The notes beneath the pieces are model-generated. The model made no database searches, was not told the DNA's origin, and worked only from the letters and a program-made list of their open reading frames with translations. The position numbers were made by a program, and so were the translations under genes. From assembly GCA_016181275.1 (NCBI GenBank), contig JACOZQ010000024.1, forward strand, positions 661 through 53,405: a DNA stretch of 52,745 bases, written 5' to 3'. Positions within the stretch are counted from its first letter, which is position 1. The number at the start of each line of letters is the position of its first letter. This document shows positions 30,846 to 38,130 of this stretch, in pieces. Source of the stretch: Candidatus Woesearchaeota archaeon (GTDB taxonomy: Archaea > Nanobdellota > Nanobdellia > SCGC-AAA011-G17 > ARS1403).

Positions 30846-31538
30846 ATGCAAATTTATGAAAACATTGAGATTATAGATATTTGTCTTTACCTTAAGAAAG
30901 AGAAGATTCTTGTAATTGGAGATATGCACATTGGTCTTGAAGAAGCATTGAATAAACAAGGGATTTTAATTCCAAGACAAGGCGTTGATGAAGTAATTAA
31001 AAGACTGAAAAAAATCCTTGATAAAATTGAGATAAAGGAAATAATCCTGATTGGAGATGTTAAGCATGAATTCGGAACTATTTCAGATCAAGAGTGGAGA
31101 GATACTTTAAACGTTCTTGACTTCTTGCTTGAAAAAAGAAAAGTTATTTTGATTAAAGGAAACCACGATACTATTCTCGGCCCGATTTCTAAAAAAAGAA
31201 ATCTGGAAATAAAAGAATTCTATAAAGTAAATAAAATATTATTTGTTCATGGTGATAAAATTATTAATGAAAAATCTGAGGTTATTATAATAGGGCATGA
31301 GCATCCTGCAATTAGTTTTGAAGAAAGAAGAGATGAAAAGTATAAATGCTTCTTGCTTGGAAAACATAAAAAATCAAAATTAATTGTAATTCCAAGCTTC
31401 AATCTTCTTGTCGAAGGCAGCGATGTTACAAAAGAAAAAACTTTGAGCCCTTATATAGAAAACATTAAGAAGTTTAGAGTTTTTATTTCTGAAAATAATA
31501 AAGTAAGAGATTTTGGGTTGCTAAGGGATTTAAAATGA
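30846..31538 (+). CDS. Metallophosphoesterase (archaeal MJ0037-like)
   Basis: GDMHIG, GDVKHE, GNHD, VHGD and GHEHP motifs occur in the calcineurin-like order. Confidence 0.8.
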   Translation: MQIYENIEIIDICLYLKKEKILVIGDMHIGLEEALNKQGILIPRQGVDEVIKRLKKILDKIEIKEIILIGDVKHEFGTISDQEWRDTLNVLDFLLEKRKVILIKGNHDTILGPISKKRNLEIKEFYKVNKILFVHGDKIINEKSEVIIIGHEHPAISFEERRDEKYKCFLLGKHKKSKLIVIPSFNLLVEGSDVTKEKTLSPYIENIKKFRVFISENNKVRDFGLLRDLK

Positions 31539-31564
31539 TAGATAATATCTGGCTTAAGGAGAAA

Positions 31565-31885
31565 TCATGAAACAATGGGCAATGGCATTGGAACTTTTTT
31601 AATAACAGTTGGAAATTCTAGCTTAATGAAGATTATTTGACATCGCGGATTTCTTTTATCTACAACAAAATTTGCATTCTTTAAAACTTTTAGAGATTCT
31701 TTGTTTATATCCACATTAGAAAAAAATTCTGAGGCATGTTCTATCTCTATGCCAACAATTTCATCTTTATTTCCAAAATCCAAAGTAAAATCCCCGATTT
31801 CTACACTTCCTTTCGTCAGCTGATTATTTTTATGAATATGCAAGATATCTGAATACTGGCTATAATCAAAATTAAATTTTTCCAT
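31565..31885 (-). CDS. DUF2283-like protein (putative antitoxin)
   Basis: The pattern YSDILHIH...GSVEIGDFTLDFGNKDEIVGIEIEHASEF fits the family. It is paired with the upstream small ORF. Confidence 0.6.
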   Translation of the reverse strand: MEKFNFDYSQYSDILHIHKNNQLTKGSVEIGDFTLDFGNKDEIVGIEIEHASEFFSNVDINKESLKVLKNANFVVDKRNPRCQIIFIKLEFPTVIKKVPMPLPIVS

Positions 31886-31887
31886 TT

Positions 31888-32199
31888 TTATCTCTTCCTT
31901 TTTATCAGCCTTATCCTTTTATATAATTTTCTATCCAATATTTTTATTGTCCTAATTTTAATTTTTTTGTATTCAAATAAATCTATTATAACCTTCAATT
32001 GTCTTCTATTGCTTAGATTAAAATAAAGTTTGTAGACTTTTGACCTGTCTGCTATAACATTTGAAAGCTTATTTGTTTCATATAATAATATTCTAATCAA
32101 ATCTTGCTTTGTAAAATTATTTTCTTTGCATCTTAATTCCACATGAGGATCATCAAAATCAATATTGCTTTCAGTAAAGTTCTCAAGAAATTTCTTCAT
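31888..32199 (-). CDS. DUF4258-like protein (putative toxin)
   Basis: HVELRCKENNFTKQDLIRIL resembles the DUF4258 N-terminal motif. It lies 2 nt upstream of the DUF2283-like ORF. The tail is very basic. Confidence 0.45.
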   Translation of the reverse strand: MKKFLENFTESNIDFDDPHVELRCKENNFTKQDLIRILLYETNKLSNVIADRSKVYKLYFNLSNRRQLKVIIDLFEYKKIKIRTIKILDRKLYKRIRLIKRKR

Positions 32200-32290
32200 A
32201 TCAATTATTTTTATCAGAATTACAAAAGCCCTAAATTATTTAAATCTTTATCAATAAATCTTAAAAAGACATGCGCTTTTTTATTTCTCA

Positions 32291-32692
32291 ATGAGAGATG
32301 ATATCTGGCTTAAAGAGAAACTAGAAAAAATCTGGGAGTTGTTATTTCCTGAAATTCCTAAAGGAAATAATGTTCATGTAAAATTTAAAGGAAAAAGCTT
32401 GAGAAGATTCGGCTGCATTAAATCAAAAGGAAAAGATTCCCTGATTGAGATAAATTCTCTGTTCAAAGATGAAAGAGTTCCTGAATACGTTATAGATACA
32501 ACTTTAGCTCATGAATTAGTTCATTATATGCATGGCTTTCATTCTCCTTTGCCTAGAAAATATCAGCATCCTCATAAAGGAGGCATTGTTGACAAGGAAT
32601 TGATTAAAAGGGGATTTGGTTATAATTTGAAATTGGAAAAAGTCTGGGCCAAAAATCAATGGGAAAAATTGTTTAAGATAATCAAAATATAG
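32291..32692 (+). CDS. Putative zinc metallopeptidase (HExxH; SprT/DUF45-like)
   Basis: The LAHELVHYMHGFHSP motif is present. The protein is small and soluble. Confidence 0.55.
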   Translation: MRDDIWLKEKLEKIWELLFPEIPKGNNVHVKFKGKSLRRFGCIKSKGKDSLIEINSLFKDERVPEYVIDTTLAHELVHYMHGFHSPLPRKYQHPHKGGIVDKELIKRGFGYNLKLEKVWAKNQWEKLFKIIKI

Positions 32693-32703
32693 TAAGGTTT
32701 ACA

Positions 32704-32719
32704 TATGTGTTAACACATA
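32704..32719. promoter_or_regulatory. Perfect 16-bp palindrome TATGTGTTAACACATA upstream of a TA-like pair
   Basis: It lies 17 nt upstream of ATG 32736, where an autoregulated TA operator would sit. Roughly a couple of such palindromes are expected by chance in this window. Confidence 0.4.
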
Positions 32720-32735
32720 ATTTAAAGTGATTAAA

Positions 32736-32954
32736 ATGCCAAATATGACTTTATCCGTTTCTTTGGAATTACATAAGGAAATGTTGCAACATTCTGAAAT
32801 ACGCTGGAGTGATATAGCTCGGCAAGCATTTGAAAAGAGAATAAAAGAATTAAATTGGATTGATGCTTTATTAGAAAAAAGTCAATTAACAGATGATGAT
32901 GCTGAAAGGATTGGGCATAAGATAAAGCATGAAATAAGAAAAAGGTTTTCTTAA
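32736..32954 (+). CDS. Putative antitoxin (VapB-like position)
   Basis: This small ORF ends where the PIN-like ORF starts (TAATG at 32952-32956). Alternative starts are at 32727 and 32745. Confidence 0.5.
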   Translation: MPNMTLSVSLELHKEMLQHSEIRWSDIARQAFEKRIKELNWIDALLEKSQLTDDDAERIGHKIKHEIRKRFS

Positions 32955-33355
32955 TGAGGCTAATCATCAACTCCAACAGGATTATAGCTGCATTGGTTAA
33001 GGATTCTACTTCTAAGAAAATCATCCTTGAAGGAAATTTAGAGCTTCTATCTATCAATGTTTCTGAAGATGATGTCAAAAGATACAAAAAAGAAATCTTA
33101 AAAAAATCCGAGCTTACTGAAGCCCAATTTGATTTTATTTATGAAAAACTTAAGGAAAAATTGATAATTCTTGATGACAAGATAATTATGAATAAAATGG
33201 AAGAAGCAAAAAGGATTATGGATAAGATAGATAAAGATGATACTCCTTTTATAGCAGCTGCGATTGCAACAAAATCTTCTATATGGTCAGATGACAAACA
33301 TTTCGAAAAACAAAACCGGATTAAAATTTTAAAGACAAATGATTTGATTAAATAG
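32954..33355 (+). CDS. PIN-domain-like protein
   Basis: The N-terminus LIINSNRIIAAL aligns by eye with the VLDTNVLISAL-type motif, but has Asn where the first catalytic Asp is expected. The C-terminus DDTPFIAAAIATKSSIWSDDKHF is typical of PIN domains. Confidence 0.55.
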   Translation: MRLIINSNRIIAALVKDSTSKKIILEGNLELLSINVSEDDVKRYKKEILKKSELTEAQFDFIYEKLKEKLIILDDKIIMNKMEEAKRIMDKIDKDDTPFIAAAIATKSSIWSDDKHFEKQNRIKILKTNDLIK

Positions 33356-34052
33356 GTCTAGCTCTGTTTGCTTCAGGCATATACTTCCTAACCTTAAATT
33401 CATCAACTGGTAATTCAGTGTTACCGTCTGGATTAAAATATGACTCAACAATAACCCCGTCTGAAACCATTAAATGTTCATAAACATTATCACGAGTTGA
33501 ACCTGCTCCTTCAATTAATGGAAAATCTCCAAGAAGAGTTTTATAGTGTTCTAATTTTTTTATTGGTGTTTCTTGGCCTATCCCTAACCCGGTTGCAACA
33601 ACGGCATCAACTCTTGATTTTGCTAACTCCAGCCATTCTTGTAAATTATCTCCAGGATTGGAAGTGTATTTAAATCCAACTCCCCCTAAGACAACAGTAT
33701 TGAGGTATAATCCCCTAAATCTATCATAAACATTTAAATCTATATCTTGAAGCTGGACAGAATCTATCTGGATAAAATCCGCATTATAATCTCCAGCTAA
33801 TTCAAATGAGCGTTTAAAATTTCCTAGAAAATTTATACCTAGTTTTAGTTTTGCATCTCTTGATTGGATTTGACTTAGAACTGAAATTAATGTCTGCTCT
33901 GTTCCATCATAATTTTCTATAATAACTCCATCCAAGCCTTCCTGCTCATAAATTTTTAAATCTTGCAAAGCTTGATCGATCGGGTATCTTCCCCTTAAAT
34001 GAAGCATGCCAATTACTGGCTTTCTTGGAAATAATTTATGAAATAATGACAT
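33348..34052 (-). CDS. BtpA/SgcQ-family TIM-barrel protein
   Basis: The N-terminus KPVIGMLHLRGRYP and the overall pattern resemble the BtpA family. Confidence 0.6.
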   Translation of the reverse strand: MSLFHKLFPRKPVIGMLHLRGRYPIDQALQDLKIYEQEGLDGVIIENYDGTEQTLISVLSQIQSRDAKLKLGINFLGNFKRSFELAGDYNADFIQIDSVQLQDIDLNVYDRFRGLYLNTVVLGGVGFKYTSNPGDNLQEWLELAKSRVDAVVATGLGIGQETPIKKLEHYKTLLGDFPLIEGAGSTRDNVYEHLMVSDGVIVESYFNPDGNTELPVDEFKVRKYMPEANRARPI

Positions 34053-34101
34053 ACTTTAAATAAATAAAATGGATTAATAAAGATTTAGGAATTTGAGAAT
34101 A

Positions 34102-34392
34102 TTATTTTTTAGGCTTTAATGGAATTCTTGTATATTTTCTACAATTCTGACAATAGATTATAACTCTTGATTTATGTATCCTAATTCTTGAATTTACTCC
34201 AGGCTTCAAATAGGAATTGCAGTGCTTGCAGAATTTTCTTTTCAAGCTTTTTGGAATTGATAGATTAATTTTCATCGCAATCTTTCTTGCCAATTCAACA
34301 TAGCGATCAGCTAATTTTTTATTATTTGGAAAAATCTTATCTGCTTCTGAAAATAATTTTTTTATCCTATGTTTTGCTATCTCTATTGACAT
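34102..34392 (-). CDS. rnp4: RNase P protein component 4 (Rpp21/Rpr2 family)
   Basis: RYVELARKIAMK is followed by the zinc ribbon FCKHCNSYLKPGVNSRIRI...IIYCQNCRKYTRIP. Confidence 0.85.
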   Translation of the reverse strand: MSIEIAKHRIKKLFSEADKIFPNNKKLADRYVELARKIAMKINLSIPKSLKRKFCKHCNSYLKPGVNSRIRIHKSRVIIYCQNCRKYTRIPLKPKK

Positions 34393-34577
34393 AAATCTAA
34401 CTAATAAAAGAGAGTATTTAAAACTTGTTTTGAGTTAACTAAATATTTATAAAGAATTGATTTTTGTTTTAATTTATGATGGAGTGATAATTATGAATGA
34501 AGCGACTAATAAAAAATTCCTGGGATAAAGAGGAAAGAGGTGATAGCTTTAAATAATTTTTCTTGTTTTAGGTGATA

Positions 34578-36059
34578 ATGAAATTCGAACCTGTTTATTA
34601 TGCGGATAAAACAAGACCTGTTGATTTTAGCAATCCTACTTTTAGTAAAGATTTTCCATTAACAATTATTAATCCAGAAGGATATTCCGGAATTGTTACC
34701 TTGTGGACAAAACCATGGGATGTATGGGATGAGCTCCTTGAGAGATTTCCCAGACTGTTCCAAAAAGATTCACCCTTAGTAACATTAACGAGCTTGTATG
34801 GAAACGGCCTTCCTCAAATGCTGGCTAATCTTGCTTATAATCCTCAATTAGAATATCTCGCAATTACTGGGAATGATGGGAATGCTGTTCCGAGCTCAAA
34901 ATATCTGCTGAACTTTTTAGAACAGGGAGTTGAAATCGGAGATCCATTGGGAACAATCAGAGGAACTACTTTTCCAATCGACCTAAAATTAAAACCCGAA
35001 CTGTTCAAGCATTTAAAAGTTGAAAAATTTAAACCTGGTGACTTAGAATCTGTTGTAAACTTTGTCACAAGAGAAAAAACTTATAATCTAAGAGAATCTG
35101 ACAGAGTAAAAATTGAATTAATTCAGCCAGAATTTTCTGATTATCCTTCTGATATTACTCTGCATCAGATAAATGAAGAAACTCCAATAGATGCGTGGAT
35201 GGAAATTATTTTTAGATTAAACAGATTTGGAAAAAATATTCAGCTTCAGAAAGGTATTAGAAGAACATTATTTAATCTTGATGTTCATGTCAAAAATTCT
35301 GAAGTCGAAGACAGAGAAAAACTTAGAAAATTTAATTTCGACCTTGATGAGTTAAATGCCTATAGAAAAGATATGCTAAAAGGAGAACTGTCTGAAGGAA
35401 CAACTTATACTTATGGAAACAGGATGAGAAAATACTTCGGTATTGATGCATTGGAAAAAGTTATTGAGAGATTTAAAAAAGATCCTGCTGATAGGAGAGG
35501 ATTCCTTACATTATGGGATGTAAAAGAGGATATAACTTCTTCTTCGTCTTCTGATTCTTCTGTTCCCTGCCTGACTGATTTGTATTTTGTAAACCTTGAA
35601 GGAAAATTGATGCTGACTGCTAACTTCAGGACACATAATGCCACTTCTGCCTGGATGCTAAACTTTTATGGGTTAAGAGCAATACAAGAATATGTTGCAA
35701 AAGAAACAGGGATTGGAATTGGAAAAATAAATGTTAAAAGCAGATGGATTGGAATTGATCCCGATGATGCAAAAACGAATTCTGCAATTGACTTAGTTGA
35801 GAAAAACAGGAGAAAAAGAATAAACGTTAATGATCCTAACGGTTATTTAGTAATTGATGTAAGAGGAAATAAAATAGAAGCAGACCATTATTCTTCTGAA
35901 GGAGCTAAATTAACAACTTATTCTGGAGAAACAGCAAGAGAAATCAAAGATCAATTAAGACAGGATTCTGCATTCTTTAGTTTTGACCATGGAGAATGGA
36001 TTGGGTATGAATTAGCAAGAGCACATCATAAACTGCATGGCGAGCTGCCTGAACTTTGA
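34578..36059 (+). CDS. Fusion of an MtrA/DUF4346-like N-terminal domain with a divergent thymidylate-synthase (ThyA)-like C-terminal domain
   Basis: The N-terminal half is colinear with the MtrA-like pattern (IVTLWT...TSLYGNGLPQMLANLAYNPQLEYLAITGND...LLNFLEQGVE...TIRGTTFPI). The C-terminal half has DRRGFLTLWD, the catalytic-Cys context VPCLTDLYF, EGKLMLTANFRTHNA and WMLNFYGL. Confidence 0.6.
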   Translation: MKFEPVYYADKTRPVDFSNPTFSKDFPLTIINPEGYSGIVTLWTKPWDVWDELLERFPRLFQKDSPLVTLTSLYGNGLPQMLANLAYNPQLEYLAITGNDGNAVPSSKYLLNFLEQGVEIGDPLGTIRGTTFPIDLKLKPELFKHLKVEKFKPGDLESVVNFVTREKTYNLRESDRVKIELIQPEFSDYPSDITLHQINEETPIDAWMEIIFRLNRFGKNIQLQKGIRRTLFNLDVHVKNSEVEDREKLRKFNFDLDELNAYRKDMLKGELSEGTTYTYGNRMRKYFGIDALEKVIERFKKDPADRRGFLTLWDVKEDITSSSSSDSSVPCLTDLYFVNLEGKLMLTANFRTHNATSAWMLNFYGLRAIQEYVAKETGIGIGKINVKSRWIGIDPDDAKTNSAIDLVEKNRRKRINVNDPNGYLVIDVRGNKIEADHYSSEGAKLTTYSGETAREIKDQLRQDSAFFSFDHGEWIGYELARAHHKLHGELPEL

Positions 36060-36120
36060 ACTTTAAATTATATTTTCAAGAAGATTAATATTTATATAAA
36101 AGTAAAAGTTTTCTTTCTTA

Positions 36121-36768
36121 ATGTTAGAGGGTGTGATTGCTGTTGGTTTTGACTTGGATGGTACTTTATACAAATCTACTCCTGAGATGAATGACAGGAT
36201 TAGAAATAAAATTGCTGAAAGAATTCTTGAAAAAAAACCAGAACTTAAATCCGCTGAGAGAGCAAGAGAATTCTTTGAAGAAAGATATAAAGAATTTCGA
36301 TCAGGAAACAGAGTTCTTGCTGATGTTGGGTATGAAAATTCCCGCAAAATTATGGATGACTGCATTATTAATACTGACGTTATTGATTTGATTTCCGCAG
36401 ATCCTGAATTGGCAAGAATAATGCATGCAATCAGAGATAAGTATGATTTTATTTATTTAATTACCAGCTCGCCTGAAAAATCAGCAAATGAAAAATTATG
36501 TAAAATTGGGATCTCTCCCAAAATTTTTAATGATTTTATGTTTGGAGATGAGGGGTTAAACAAAGATGATGGAAGCGCGTTTAAAGAGATGATTCGTTGC
36601 ATGCCTTACGTAAAGCCTTACAGGCATATTTATGTTGGGGATAAATTGAGCTCAGATATTCTTCCAGCTAAAAAAATAGGAATGAGAACTGCTGCTGTAT
36701 GGTTTCCTATCCCTGAAGCAGATTATTCTTTAAATCATATTCATGATATTGGGGGTTTGCTGCTATGA
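36121..36768 (+). CDS. HAD-superfamily hydrolase
   Basis: Motif I is FDLDGTLY, motif II is LITSSP, and motifs III/IV are K...YVGDKLSSDI. Confidence 0.8.
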   Translation: MLEGVIAVGFDLDGTLYKSTPEMNDRIRNKIAERILEKKPELKSAERAREFFEERYKEFRSGNRVLADVGYENSRKIMDDCIINTDVIDLISADPELARIMHAIRDKYDFIYLITSSPEKSANEKLCKIGISPKIFNDFMFGDEGLNKDDGSAFKEMIRCMPYVKPYRHIYVGDKLSSDILPAKKIGMRTAAVWFPIPEADYSLNHIHDIGGLLL

Positions 36769-37544
36769 CAGATGAAAGTGTTAGAAGAATTGAGATATTA
36801 AAAGAAATTCCTTTTGATGGTGAAGGTGATACATTAGTAAATAGATTAAGAAAAATAACATTAAGGGGTTTCCCCGACATAAAAATATATGAAAATGCAA
36901 AGTTTGAAATGGTAAAATATGGTCCTAAAGATATATTAAGTAAACTACATACGCCACAATTAAGGGTTTACAGAGATCATCTAAACAGAATTGGTGTTTT
37001 AGCTGCACTATTTTTAAGAGAAGGGATTGATATCACCAATCTTGATAGGGGTTATGACTTCATTGCAACTTCTGAATCTGGAAAAGAAACTGAATGGACA
37101 ATGATGCCTCCTGTAATTGAAAGATTTTCTATCCCAAAAACAGAAGATGGAAGATTTGATTATGAAAATAATGAAATATCTGCAGATATACTGAAAGAAG
37201 CATTAAGAAAAGAAGGATTGTGGTTTAATCCTGATGCTCTTGCTCACAGGCATACAACAAGCGGCATTTATGATCTGATTAATGACGGATCACATAGAGT
37301 TCATTATGGATATGAAAAAGGTGGAATTACCGTTTTAAGAATTAGCAATATAACTCCTGGATTTCCTTATTATGCAATACCACAAAAATATAATATTAGG
37401 GTATTTTCAACAAGAGAGGAAGCATTAAACATTCCAGAAACAAAGATTCATGTTGTCCAGGAACCAGCTCATAAAAATTTATATCGCTTATTTCCATCGG
37501 GCGGAATCAAATCAGGTGATGTTAGACTCACAAAAAGTAAATAG
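36765..37544 (+). CDS. Hypothetical protein with a ParB/Srx-like DGxHR motif
   Basis: It overlaps the HAD gene through ATGA. LINDGSHRVHYGY and an upstream HTPQLRVYRDHLNRIG resemble the ParB/sulfiredoxin fold signature. The assignment is weak. Confidence 0.4.
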   Translation: MTDESVRRIEILKEIPFDGEGDTLVNRLRKITLRGFPDIKIYENAKFEMVKYGPKDILSKLHTPQLRVYRDHLNRIGVLAALFLREGIDITNLDRGYDFIATSESGKETEWTMMPPVIERFSIPKTEDGRFDYENNEISADILKEALRKEGLWFNPDALAHRHTTSGIYDLINDGSHRVHYGYEKGGITVLRISNITPGFPYYAIPQKYNIRVFSTREEALNIPETKIHVVQEPAHKNLYRLFPSGGIKSGDVRLTKSK

Positions 37545-37633
37545 ATTATATAATATATACTTTACAGTTTCATATTATTTATATATTATCCTGATTTTCA
37601 AATATCAAGATATTGTTGTTATCAATTAAAAGA

Positions 37634-37651
37634 TATACAACATATTGTATA
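37634..37651. promoter_or_regulatory. Candidate NrdR-box-like inverted repeat TATACAA-CATA-TTGTATA
   Basis: 7-bp perfect arms lie 4 nt upstream of the nrdR ATG. The sequence is similar in character to the A/T-rich 16-bp palindromic NrdR box. A second palindrome, AATATCAAGATATT, is at 37601-37614. Confidence 0.4.
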
Positions 37652-37654
37652 GGA

Positions 37655-38104
37655 ATGAAATGCCCTTATTGTGGTGATATGGAAAGCAAGGTCGTTGACA
37701 AGAGAAACAGCAGGCTTGACACTACAAGAAGAAGGCGTGAGTGCTTGAAATGCGGGAAGAGATTCACAACTTACGAAAAAATACATCAGGTTGAGCTTAA
37801 TGTTATTAAAAGAAACGGCAATCTTGAGCTGTTTAATAAAGAAAAAATAAGAACTGGCATGGTAAGGGCATGTGAAAAAAGACCTGTTACAATTGAGCAG
37901 ATAAATAGCATTGTTAACAAGATTGAAAGTGACCTGAGAAAATTCAAGACAACTGAAATTAAAAGCGAGCAGATAGGAAAAAAAGTTATAAATGCCTTAA
38001 AAAAGCTTGATAATGTAGCATATCTAAGATTTGCTTCTGTTTACAGGAGCTTTGATGATATTAAAGACTTTGAAAAGGAGATAAGAGAAATAAAAGTAAG
38101 GTGA
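37655..38104 (+). CDS. nrdR: Transcriptional repressor NrdR
   Basis: The zinc ribbon MKCPYCG...RRRRECLKCGKRFTTYE is followed by an ATP-cone. ATG 37655 is preferred over the upstream alternative start at 37613. Confidence 0.9.
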   Translation: MKCPYCGDMESKVVDKRNSRLDTTRRRRECLKCGKRFTTYEKIHQVELNVIKRNGNLELFNKEKIRTGMVRACEKRPVTIEQINSIVNKIESDLRKFKTTEIKSEQIGKKVINALKKLDNVAYLRFASVYRSFDDIKDFEKEIREIKVR

Positions 38105-38130
38105 AATTTAATGAATAAAGAGGTGGTATC

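Noticed and set aside
36063-36391. ORFs 36063-36365 (minus) and 36191-36391 (plus), which overlap the HAD hydrolase gene.
   Set aside because: The HAD frame carries all the family motifs. The others are shadow frames.
28984-37614. The shared motif CTGATTTTCA(G/A)ATATCAA at about 28984-29001 (upstream of the DEAD helicase) and about 37591-37608 (upstream of nrdR), considered as a common regulatory site.
   Set aside because: A rough estimate for this AT-rich composition and window size predicts several 17-of-18 matches by chance. The positions relative to the two starts also differ greatly (about 240 versus about 60 nt).
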